Shown here piece after piece: positions 39,402 through 51,900 of a stretch of 64,000 nucleotides of DNA. The stretch lies in the NCBI GenBank assembly GCA_028023455.1, contig JAQFVV010000004.1, positions 22,878,001 through 22,942,000 of the forward strand, written 5' to 3'. The position numbers and the translations under genes are program-made. Source of the DNA: Epiperipatus broadwayi (Eukaryota > Animalia > Onychophora). Under the pieces are notes generated by a model. The model saw nothing but the letters and a program-made list of their open reading frames with translations, ran no database searches and was not told the origin of the DNA. Numbering within the stretch: the first letter of the stretch is position 1; every line of letters begins with the position of its first letter.

Positions 39402-39443
39402 AGCTGATGTTTCAGTACAATAACAAATATTTAGCTCAGAGCT
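39402..39443 (-). ncRNA. Degenerate hammerhead, copy D (mirror of copy C)
   Basis: Exact reverse complement of 39766-39807. Confidence 0.55.
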
Positions 39444-39765
39444 TCTTTCTCATATCATAAGAATGTGTGTGGTGAGATTTTAAATTGTTATTTTTTACTT
39501 TTGCCATTTTCTTCTCATTCTTAAATTCTATTGATTGAGAAGTTTTAAAAAATATTTTATCATCCAATAGCTTTTTCCAAATATTGTTAATTTTCTTTTA
39601 AGTGTAAATTAAAGAAAATTAACAATATTTGGAAAAGGCTATTGAAGAATAAAGTATTTTTTAAAACTTCTCAATCAATAGAATTAAAGAATGAGAAGAA
39701 AATAACAAAAGTAAAAAATAACAATTTTAAATCTCACCACACACATTCTTATGATATGAGAAAGA

Positions 39766-39807
39766 AGCTCTGAGCTAAATATTTGTTATTGTACTGAAAC
39801 ATCAGCT
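39766..39807 (+). ncRNA. Degenerate hammerhead, copy C
   Basis: AGCT-CTGAGCT-A-AATAT-ttgttatt-GTACT-GAAA-CATC-AGCT. Core G8 and A9 and the 5' strand of helix II are mutated. Confidence 0.55.
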
Positions 39808-42249
39808 ATTTAGCTATTATATTTTTATTACACGATCCATGAGAATATTAGAATTAATATGTATATATATATATCCACACACATATCCCATAGAAAATTT
39901 CTTGATTTCTTACTGCTGGTATGTTTTAAAGATTCAGCTCGTTATAAGAACAAAAACATTATTAAGATATTTAATGACTTATACAACTAAATAAATCTTA
40001 TTGTAGATGTTTTAATGCAATAGAGACTCCAAAACTAAAGGTTCCTGGATCAATCTCCAGCTGAGGAAAGTTTTTAAAAAAATCTGTCATTTGAATGGAA
40101 TTGTTATGCTTATTTATCTTTGTGCTGCTTGAGCACCATTTGATCTTTTGAGAATTGTCTATGATTTTTACTACTATTTTAAATTTTCATTTGTAAATCA
40201 GTATATTTTATGTGAGCCTATGAATTTTGAATGTATTTTTAATCAAAAATGTTTTTTTATAGAAATGCCTCATATATTCTAGGAGTGGCTTTCTTGGTTG
40301 GTAATCACCATACGCACACAAAATTAGGAATTTACAGTTCCAAATAAATAAAAACATTAAAATTTAAAAGATCTTTTCTAATGTAATAACTTGAATTATA
40401 TAAATACCAATGGGAATTATAAAAGAATAATGTTGTTGAATTGCACATGACTGGTGAGATTTTTAACTAATTAATGTGCTTCTTAATTTTTTAAATCTTA
40501 ATATTTTTATTATTTGAAATTGTATTATATGATGTCTTTATGATCCATTCAATAACAAATCTGCCATTGACTTGTATATATGAGAACTAAATATGAGAAA
40601 AAAGAATAAACTTTAAAAATATAATAAAAACTTGACAAATTAATAAACTAATATATAAAAATTCTTTGTTACTTGGGTAATATTTGTTAATTTAAACAAT
40701 TTTACAGTTTGTTAGCATATGTATCTAGACATAATAATTTGATGATTAAACGTTAATTATAAAGCTGATATGAGCCAAAATATTGTATTGCTTCTTGCTG
40801 CAAACTAGACATAGACTAAAAAAAATTACTGTTTAAATATTAAATAAGACTTAAATGATAGAAAAACTTGTGAATATAATCAACCATCTTTTTTTTATAC
40901 GATCAAGGCCGATGTCAATAATTCATGCCAATCAGCTTTAAGTAAGCCAACATTATTAAAGTATATCTAAAATTATGAGATTTTCATAAAATCTTCATTT
41001 CTTAGGAATTATGTAAAAACTAGACACAGTCTAGTAAAGATAAAAGAAAGTGAAGTGATTAGTCTTGCTACAAAGAACTTTGAATGCCAAGAGCTGAATT
41101 ATAGGAATATGTAAACATCTACAATACAGTATAATAATTAGGATAAATTTTAAGAAAAATTATCAAATTATTTTACTAATGAAATTATAATTAGTTTATT
41201 AAAAAAATCATAAAATGATTTTTTATTGTTTCGAAAGTCATATTTCAAAAAGTAAAAAATATGTCTAAATCCAATAAAATGCAGGCAATGGTGAAGCTAA
41301 ATACAAATTATAATATTAATTGGCCGAGTGCTTTCGAGAACTTTTATCTTCTCATAATCATAGCAAGTGGATTGTATGAACACGGTAGAAAATGTATGCA
41401 ACAAATATTTAAATATATGCGAAATGGATTAGAAAATTATCCACATCTCAGTTATCCAAACTTCCATTACCACCTTTTTCTTAGATTTTTTTTATCTACT
41501 CTTAGTGCATTTATAGTTATTTCAAAGTATTATTTATGCTTTTAATGCATTCATTTCTGATTATTTATTCAATGATATTTGCAGTAAGAAATCAATTTGA
41601 TAATAAATAGATTTATTGTAATAAAAATAACTACGATTATTAAAAAAAAAATTTCAAAGATTATTTTAGAAAAATTAAATATTTATTTATGTTTAGTAAT
41701 AAGCTGGAATTTGAAATATATACTTTCTGTATAGAAAACAATTTTTTACTTAAAAAAAAAAAAAATTTTTTTTTATTGTTGCGATATACAAATGCATTTC
41801 CTCTGTCAAATCATAGATTAGATTTTTAAAATGATATGAAATTAAAATAGCTTATTCGTTCAACTAAAGTAAAATGACATCTAAATAATTTTATAAAATT
41901 ATTATTGCTTGTATTTTTTAAAAAAATTATATAAAAAATTGTATAATTTAATAAAACTGTATTTGTGTTTACTTTCATATATTTATCTTATTTTTATACA
42001 TTATTAAATTAACTTTATTTAGAATTAATTTGCTTATTTTTTATATACAGCTTAAGCTATTATGATATGGTATACTGTTTCTTCAAACATTGCCTTATTA
42101 TTTACAAACTACATTTAAAACAATTATTATTTTTTGTATTACTTTATACTTTAAAATATAGAAGAAAAGGCCTTGTATAATTTTACTTATGCTTTGGGTA
42201 TACTTATTTTCGTATATATTGTACACTTACCAAAGTTAAATATCACTCA

Positions 42250-44700
42250 TCAGCTAACTCACTAACTTAAACTTTAACAGTAATTAACTCATCTGAATAT
42301 AACACTAATATATCTAGTAAACTATGTTAAATACTCTACTAATTAACTAATGATTTAATTTAACTACCAATTCATTAACAATTGATTTATTTAAATATTA
42401 GCTTAATCTTATTACAAAAGGTTCAATTAAATACTAAAATAAATCACGGAACTCATTAAAAGCATCTAGTAAGTTGCACAGTTAGTGTAACATTAAGAAT
42501 ATACTCACAAAAAGATATATTCTTGGTGGCATAGAATATCACCATTACCTACTTTCCTATTCTGTAAGTAATATTCCCATGACTCACATATTAAAACTAC
42601 ATGATACTTAACATTACTAAAATTAATTAAAATATTAGACTATTCCACATTTATTTACTTAAGAAAATAATACATTATTACTTAAATAGAATCCATAACA
42701 TAACTATAATCTTAATCTCAAGTTCTTATTATTTTTACAATTAACACATTAATTAATATAGCTACATATAATGAGGAATTTTACATATACCTAGCTATAT
42801 CATAACAATAATAATCAATAAAATAAAATACTCAATAGCTCTTATTTCAAAAACTCATCAACTAATTTAATAGTTAGTTAAACAAATTAAAATTATAAAC
42901 CACTACCAATAATATTTATCATCTAAATAAAATGCAAATAATTTCATCTTATTGTGCATATTTATATTGTTATTTTCCACATGGCATATTAAAAAATATC
43001 AAATCTTGTTATAATTATCAAATCAGATAATGAAAAATTTGCATTATACAATTTTTAAAGTTTAATGAGTACTGCCTTCAATAATCATAATATAATAATC
43101 ATACTTTATCTTTTTTAAATTATGTGCAATTATCCCAAGATATAATTAATTCTTATAATACATGTGTGTAGTTAGGATGATTCATAATGACTAGGACACA
43201 ACAAGAAAAGAAACTCTCAAGATATTAAGTTAATTCAAAACAACATTAACAATTTATTATAACAATTATAATATTTCAAAATTTACAAATATAATTCTTA
43301 CAAAATTAAATTATTTAAAATTCAAAATAATTACATTCAAAAAAATATTTATATAAAAAAAATAAGTAATTTCTAATTCAAATATTTTCTATCATCAAAT
43401 AATAATACCTATTTCTTGAAGCTGACACTTATTAAGATATTCTAGCATTTTTTTTAGATTACACATTTAAATAATTTGAACACTTTCATGGAATCAAAAT
43501 ACACTTCTATAACAATCATTACCCTTTTCTAGATCTATAAGTATTAACATATTTTAGCACTATTACTTTAATAAACATATTTAAAAATAATCGCAGGTTC
43601 ATAAATAAATGTTTTTTGATAATGAAACATCTAAATATTTCTATGAAATTTTCATATTTATTATCTAAATAGTTTTTATAATATGCATTACAAAAAATAT
43701 ATATATATATTCTTCAATAATAAGTTCTTCACTCTAACACTCCATCATAATATAACTTTTATATATAAAAAAAAAATATGGTAATTATTCACTTAATATT
43801 TCATGATGTTAAATCATAATCAGGTTTTACTTTCATTCATACATTCTATATGACTTTAACGTACATCTATAATTTTTTTGATCTCTTAGAATAATTTTGG
43901 AATATCAAAAAATTCCACAAAACTTTATTTAATTCTTATTTATACATCATTCTTTATATATTTTGTTCTTTTTGCCTTACAAAAATTTTAAACATTATTT
44001 AAGAATCTAGCTATTATTTTTCATACATTTTTTAACAATACCAATGATGATGTAGGAACCAGTGACAATATTAGTGAATAAATGTGAGGGATTAAAAACT
44101 ATAAGAACCAGAAAAAAACAATGAAAACATGGATGCAGAGTTTAAGACCATATATTCTTGTGTCTACCTTAAATTCCTTTTATGGCTTTTCTCTGATCAC
44201 TTACTGATTTACAGAACAAACACTATTGTCCATGAATCATAAAAATATACAGACCTATGTTACCTGTATTACACTTAGTATTCAAAAGGCTATACTTAAT
44301 ATTCAAAAGATCCCTTGCACTACAGGATTTGCTAATACTGTTCTTCTGAACCACTAACTGTCTATCATTAACACTACATATCTCCTAACAATATCACAAA
44401 GAAATTCTTAAACATCTCTTCAAAAAATAATTTCTAAACTTCAGTACATATCATTCATTAAAACAATAAGAAGATTAAATATAGAACAAATAAATGATTT
44501 CAAATATTTAACTTATAATAAATGAATTCAGGGATCAGATACTGCTTATAATATTTTTATTCATACTTTTATATAGTATCTAAGCAGATCCAGCGTATAA
44601 CATGTATATTCATACTTGTAAAATAAATTACTCTAACATAAATAAACAGAATAAATATAATATTCAGTTTACCTGATTTATTATTCATAAATAAATACCA
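42250..44700 (-). mobile_element. Highly decayed LINE-like region
   Basis: The minus strand near 43520-43550 reads ILIDLEKGND (cf. FIDLEKAFD). The strong C/T-rich plus-strand skew is typical of an antisense LINE. Boundaries are approximate. Confidence 0.35.
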
Positions 44701-45199
44701 AAATTTAAATACATTAATACAATTTTACCTTAATCATATCGCTATGATTATTACGGCGATCCTCTCTCATTATATTAACTCCATTGAAGTTATAGATTTA
44801 TTATCATTAAAGAAAAATATTAATTTTTTTTCACTTTTTTTTAATACAAATATTAAATATTAAATTTACATATTATATAAATCTTAACTACATTTTAGAT
44901 CTAATAATACATATAAATTATTAAATTGCCTAAATATATTTCTTAACTAAGAAAAAAATAAAAATAATGAAAGTTTCCTTTCATTAATTGAAGCAAAAAT
45001 TCTGAAGAAAGTGCTTGTTGCCATAACAACGGTTATTTAACCAAAAAATTTTTTTTCTTCTTTCCCCACCATGCTCTCAATTCCTTGCAATATAAATGCA
45101 AAAGTATTAAAGAAAAAAATCCACTTAAAATATTATTCATCATTGCAGGATAAAATGCACTTATAATAAAGTTTGTTTATTTTAATTCCTTGATGAAGC

Positions 45200-46100
45200 A
45201 AATTTCACACAAAAGTTAATAATAAGCATTGGTTATTTAGTTAAATAATTATCACATTTAAAAGTTCTTTCTTCAGTCCACAATTACTAATTTATTTTAA
45301 AAATCTTTTAATCCAAAACTTCTCCAATTTTTTTATCATAAAAGCATTAAGAAGAATTTTAACAATATCACTAGTGAGTTTATCCAATTTTATAATTCTC
45401 TCTTTATATTTGTACATTTGCACACCAATTATTTGCAATAATATTTTTTCTAACCACATCATATATTTAAACATTATCCTCCAGGTTAGTATATTTTTTA
45501 AACAATATTTATAGTCGACTTATAACTTATATAACTCTTCTTATAATCATTCATATTTATTATTCTAATAACTTGCAAAATATTTGATAAATATTATTCA
45601 ATCACACAATTCTCCTTCAGGTTAATATATATTTCTTATATTAAAAACATTTACGAATTACACATAATAGACTAGTAGATACTAAATTCATTTTCACTAC
45701 ATAATTAATTAGCATTTATTCTTTCTTCTTAAACTAAACAAAAATTCTGAAAAAGTTTTTAATAAATTTCCAATAGCAAAAATTAATATCTTTATCAAAT
45801 GAAAGTCTATTCTCCTTATTGTTACTTATTAAAATTAAATAAGACTGTTCTTTAATATATAACCTACAAATATGACTAAAAAGAAATTCATTACAAATTC
45901 ATCATATTATTCTTCAGTCTAAATGACACACTCTGGCATAGTCCTCTGACTAACGTCATTTTTTTCGGAAAACACATATTTTTACCACTCGTCATCATAG
46001 TCTTTATTTGGTTTTTTGTTCAGCATTGACAAGGAATATGATTTGTTTTATTCCATATTAAAACAATTCAAATAAACTTCTTAAAAATAATTTATAAATT
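45200..46100 (-). mobile_element. Decayed LINE RT fragment
   Basis: The minus strand near 45925-45955 reads RGLCQSVSF (cf. GLRQGC.LSP). Similar strand skew. Confidence 0.3.
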
Positions 46101-46149
46101 TAACTAAAACACACTTTCCCTCATTTACCACACTTTATATCTATTATAT

Positions 46150-48237
46150 ATATACCACGATTATATTATATATATTATCAGCCAGTTATTGAGATTTGAT
46201 TTCTGATCATGCATTTATTTCCAGAGGGTGAATTGACATGTCTATGCATTCGTAGTATTTATAGCTCCGACCAGCCAGTTATTGAGATTTGATTTCTGAT
46301 CGTGCATTTATTTCCAGAGGGTGAATTGACATGTCTACGCATTCATAGTATTTATAGCTCCGACCATCCCCTCCCATATGAAATTTTCCCATGTTCTGAG
46401 TTATCCTTCCCTTTTTGTGAAGTTTTCCTAATATTCGGTCATTCAAGGGTGAGGAAAAGGAATTCGGCTGCTAAATACAAACATGGTTGTATGTAAACTA
46501 ATCCAATTCAGTCCCTCCCAAACTTAATTAGCTCTCTCATTGCGCAAATGTCTGCGTTTATGGGCTATGACCCAAGTGCTAATCTTGCTATTTAACAAGA
46601 ATCGCGGAATTCGCTAACAATAAATTTACTCAATAACTTTTAAGCTTTTGGCCGGTTTATACTAGGGGTAGTGGTGTAACACGTCGGAGAAGAAATGGCA
46701 GGTGAATTAAAATCTCTTTTTCCCTTTCTTTTACCTTTATCTAACACATTTGTTTCCTAGAATTACCAAACATATATCAACATGCACTCTTAGGAAAGTA
46801 AAAATGGAATCTATTTCAAAACGCATAATACGCATTCCAAACCCAAAAATATATATATAATAAAATGTAGAAGAGACAAATAACCAAACAAAAAAAAAAA
46901 AAAATTGTTTTGTTAAATTTAAAATCTATTTATGTTTATTTGAATAAAATTATAAAGTGGCATACATGTTTATATGACATAATATTCCGTTTATAGGATG
47001 TTATAGTTACCGAATAAAATCTATGAAGTAAAATACGTATAAAGTTATTACACTATTCGATTTTTGTGTATTTAAAGATGAGAAATAATAGCAAATATAT
47101 TTACCACTTTGTTGATGAGTCTTCTGAATTTAAAATAAATGTTTCTGAGTGCACTCTTTGTGATTATGAAATCTTTTACTTCTATTCTAATTCCTTGGGT
47201 AAACATGGATAAAATCGCGAGTCCATTTTGTCTTCTAATTCAGTGTTCTGATTAAGAAGTTCATCGTTCCATGATAGATCTGTGGAATTGCGGACGTCAG
47301 GCGCAGGATTCATTTGTCGTGTTGTTTTTTTTTATAATATTTAGGGCAATCTGTCTCTTAATATCTTGCGTGGCCTCAAAGGTACAGAAGGAGCTGGAGT
47401 CTAACATAGACCCACAGCATGATGAGAACTTTACCCCATGCGTATCATGGAGTTTCCTTTATATATTTCTGGTCAAAATTATTTTTATAAATCTCTTCTT
47501 TTTGCCACGTATTGCCTTCTGCCTTCTCTCTGCAATAATCTATAGACAACTGCCAAAAAAAAAATGTCCTCCCTCTCAACAATGTTTTATCTTTTTTTTT
47601 ATCTTTAGCCAAAAATCTTTTTACTTAATACACGAACAAAAGAAAAACCACTTAGCAAACTTGGTCTTAACTTTTGCTATTTTTGCAAATTCCCTCTAAA
47701 TACGCTTTGTTGTTTACCTCGATAATTAGACAATAGAATCCTCAAGAATTTAATTTTTTAATGGACATTCCGCCTGTTCTTTTCTTTTAGTTAACACAAA
47801 AATCATTTCCACAAAGTTTTGAAGTTTGATAATATATTAATATTATTAATTTAAATGAAACAGCCAACTATTAATTATATCTGTTTCAATAACAATAGTC
47901 CGTTTGACTAATTGATTCGTGGAAGGTAAACGAAATTCCTTTTTTTTTTCTTCATATTTTAAAAATATTTGAAAATCTCTTGATTTTATTCAATTTTATT
48001 ACCCCCTTCAACACAATATTTATGCCACAAAATAGGAATAAAATAAGTGAGAGAAAGAAAGTAAAATATATACATTAATATTAGTAACACATCTCCGCTA
48101 TTATTATTATTTACTTAACTATATATGTGTAGCTACATGGTCCTTTCCAAATACACAACTCATGAAACAAAACACACACATACATACATAACCCAATTTA
48201 TTCCCTTGTAACAGGGTTTGAACCCAGTTCCTGTTAC
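46150..48237 (-). mobile_element. Long LTR-like (possible solo LTR) segment
   Basis: The minus strand begins tgtaacaggaactgggttcaaaccctgttaca, resembling the Gypsy LTR start at 59279. CpG-rich, with TATA-like ctataaata and aataaa motifs near the distal end. No TSD confirmed. Confidence 0.4.
46179..46364 (+). repeat. 93-bp tandem duplication (2 copies)
   Basis: cagccagttattgag...atagctccgac starts at 46179 and 46272, with 3 substitutions, all at CpG/TpG/CpA positions. Confidence 0.9.
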
Positions 48238-48899
48238 AATAAAATTATAATAATAATTTAACACTTTACTAACCAAAATAATAAAATTTAAAAAAATTTA
48301 TAACTTAAAATTCAGACTATAAGGAATACAGTTTTATTCCTTAAAATTTACTTGATTGATTAAAAATATTTAATAGATCACTACAACGATTATACCATAC
48401 CTGTATTTAAAGCCATAATTTGACTCTTACCTGATTGTCAATTAAATCTCAGACAAAAATTTACAAAAAATTAATTTTTGTCTGGCTTTTTTTTTTTTAT
48501 AAAACTAATTTAATTAATAAATTCTATTAAATAATATATTTTAAACTTTATTTAAATGCTATGTTTAAATACACCTTTAAATAATAAAATACTTTTTTCA
48601 TTAAACTTAAATTTGGAAATATTAAAACTATTGTTTATGTAATTATAATAATAATTTTGATACACTTAAAAATAGATACAAAAATAAATTGCAAACTGAT
48701 ACAAATAATAAATTAATTTTAGCAACAAGGAAGTAAAATTAATCAATTTAGCAAGAATGTATGTGCACACAGATTAACATACATTGCATACCACAATAAT
48801 TACATCATTATTTAATATAATTAAATAAATTTTTTTAAATTAAACTATTAATACTTATATAATATTAATTTTTATTACTAAGATTATTATTTTAGCATT

Positions 48900-51800
48900 G
48901 TATTACACAACTCTAATAATTATTTATTTTTTATTAAACTGTAAATACTATTCTATATCTTAACTTTATTATTAAATTTAAATAATATTTCTTTAAAATA
49001 ATTTAGATTATCTTTACATCAAATAGACATGATATTTTAAGTTACTTTGAACACAAAAATACTATATTATAAGAAATTGTTATATAAAATTTAAAATTTT
49101 CTATAAAATTGATTATTTTACACATTTATGAATCATGTAGCAAAATAGAAAGGCTGCAATATATTTGGTCATCTAAACTATCTGATTCTCTGAACTATTA
49201 TTTTATTGAAAATTGCATTATCTTTAATGTTGGAAACCAACTATCACTAATGAAGATGTCATAGATAATTGAGAATAACTTTGTATTAAAATAAAGGAAC
49301 TATTTTTTATTTTTATTTTCTATTAAAGCATCATGTATACTTTTTGTGCTTTTTCTAACAAACTTCATTATTTTAGAAGCAATATTTTTCTAGTTTTCTT
49401 TTAGGAACATATATATTGCTAAATAGAGAATTGTTGAATTTTCTTTCAAATAAATTTTTCTCTTATTATAAAATTAAAAAATAAATTATGCTTTCTAAGT
49501 TTGTTTTAATTCTGCAGAAAAATTCCATAGATAAAATGATTCTTTTGTATAATGCTACATAAAATAGTTTTTCCTTAAACAATATCAGGTTTTTATACAA
49601 ATTTTATATTCTCAAAGATTCTCTAAATATGTTATATATGGTGATCATGTGATGTTTAGCAGTTTAATACATTATATATGGTAGTGAAGCTTTATTTCTT
49701 ATTTCCTATTAGAGTAAATCATTCTCTCAATACTAATTCATTTTTTATTACTCTCCTATCCAGTTTTAATAAAAGTTTTATTTAGTTTCAATAGCCTATC
49801 CTCATATCCCCTATTCTTTTCATAGCAGAAATGTCTTCAAAAGTCTAAATTTTTTATTCTTTTTACTTTTATATATTTCCAACTATCTAAAAATAATTTA
49901 TCTTCATTCTCTTTAGACATTTTGCATTTCAAAAATAATTGTTCAACTCATTTCCACATAAACTATATTTATAATTCAAATTTTTATTCCTTTTTTTAAT
50001 CTCTATTTTTTAATATCTGAAGTTCCTATCCATGTACCAAATAACAATAAAACTCCTAATATTATCACATTTTTTCATATTTTATATATATTTTTATTTA
50101 TATATAACTAATTTTTTAATTCATATTCATTTTCCATAATTCTACTTTTTTTTCTCTAATTTATTTATCTTCTCCCACTCCTCCTATCTATTAATTTGTC
50201 TCACTGTAAAACTTTTTTAATCTTATTTGCATGCAATTCAATTATTTTACTAATTATTTTGTAGTTCTCAAGTATTTTTAATTTGCTTCAAATTTTCTTC
50301 ATTTAAAAATAAAAGGCCACCCCATTTTTCCTTAAATAAATTAAGTTTGTTATGCACAATTATTTTTGAATTCTATTAAAAAATTTGAGTTCCCTGAACA
50401 TTATACAATTTTTGTTTCTAGTGTTCAAGTTAATATTGCCATTTCTTTCTAAGTTATTCTACAAAACTCATATCTGTCATGTAAAAGACATGCTAGGTTT
50501 TTATTAATTCCTTTTTGTCTTTATTTTTTTTTGCTATTTAACAAAGAATCTAAATATCTATACTGCTTCACTTCATCAAATGTCTATCATTTATCTTGCA
50601 GTTTTATTTTTTCTGTTAAATATCAATGCAATTTTTATATTTCTTCTTATCTCTGTTCACTTGCCTAGCAACATTCTTTTCAAAAAATTGTCATATCTAC
50701 AAAAAAGAGAGCCACCACATTTTATATTCTCTTGGTGCCTATTTTGGAAATCCCCATCCCTGTCTCCAATTATTAATTTCAATTTCCAATTATTTTAGAA
50801 ACAATAAAGAATAAATATAACAGTACATCTTTTTCACCCGGACCCCCCCGCAACGAGCGCCCCTGCCCGCGGGGGGGGGGGAGGCGGGCGGGGGTATATC
50901 TAAAAATGCAATTTCTCTTTAAAATATTTTAATTAATAAAGTAATACTGAATAAATTATTTTTTATGTCTTTCCGAACAAAATTTATTTTGAATTTTCTG
51001 TATGATTTTATGCTCTTCAATAAAAGATGAAATTTATTTATTAATATGTGCACTGTATGTAAATATAATGTAAACAATAGTAAGTTAATGCTACTAATCT
51101 ATAACTAAGTAATAATTGAAAATTTCCCCCTCTTTTCTTTATATAATTATCTAATTCTTGTATTTCCTCTTATTTGTCAAGAATCTTATTATCACCTTAA
51201 ATTTATTAAAGCTTTCTCTTAAACCAACTTCTGTGTATCTTCCTAGACCTAGCATTTATCTGCTATACTATTTAATCCTCTTCAATACAATCCTCAATTT
51301 CTTTTTTCTTTATTATTATGAATGAAGCTGTCTAACTTATCATATTTTCTTACCAATTATCCAACACTCAGGATTTTTATTACGAAGTGTTTGAGCTATT
51401 TTCAAGCTCTTCATTATTTCTACATTTGTCTTCCTCATATATATATACAATTTTTTTTACAAGTCTCAGTTTCTTTAGCAATGTTCTCAGTTAATTTTTT
51501 TTATTAAATTCATTTCCATTTTAATTTTTTTTTTTTTTTAATAATTATTTTGACCTTTACTTCCTTTTTCCCTATTTATTTCTTAACAGCTTCTTAATAT
51601 TTTTTTACATATGCTTTTTTTATTTCTTTTACACATTCTTATTTTATCTTTTTTTTGTTAGATCTAAATAAAGAATCATTTGAAATCTTCTACTCTTCAT
51701 AAGTTTTTAATTCATCATGTTCGTATAATTCTTTCAAAATATTATTAAATTTTCTCAATTTATACTTATCCTTTATTTCCTAGCCATCCTTATAAACTTT

Positions 51801-51900
51801 TTTATACAATTATATACCTAATTTTTTAAACAACTTGCAATTCTATCAACATAAAATTATCATTACTATATTCTTTTTTTTTGTCATCATTTTTTTTTAT
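48900..51900 (-). mobile_element. Highly decayed LINE
   Basis: The minus strand at ~50535-50578 reads DEVKQYRYLDSLLNS (RT thumb YRYLG motif). Purine-rich minus strand. Boundaries are approximate. Confidence 0.45.
50836..50894 (+). other. Short GC island: 9-bp GC hairpin plus G-tract cluster (potential G-quadruplex)
   Basis: cccccccgc (50843-50851) pairs with gcggggggg (50869-50877). It overlaps G11-a-gg-c-ggg-c-G5. Confidence 0.7.

Larger units (their letters stand above)
39377..39832. repeat. 456-bp near-perfect palindrome of Penelope pLTR sequence
   Basis: Arms of ~225 bp are complementary with a handful of mismatches. The spacer is under 10 nt, at ~39601-39608. Confidence 0.9.

Noticed and set aside
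40040-40066. ggttcctggatcaatctccagctgagg resembling a tRNA/SINE B-box region
   Set aside because: Too short and diverged. No A box or cloverleaf is visible.
45017-45030. RFX X-box match GTTGCCATAACAAC
   Set aside because: A rough estimate gives about one degenerate X-box match by chance in 64 kb of this composition, and no nearby gene start is supported.
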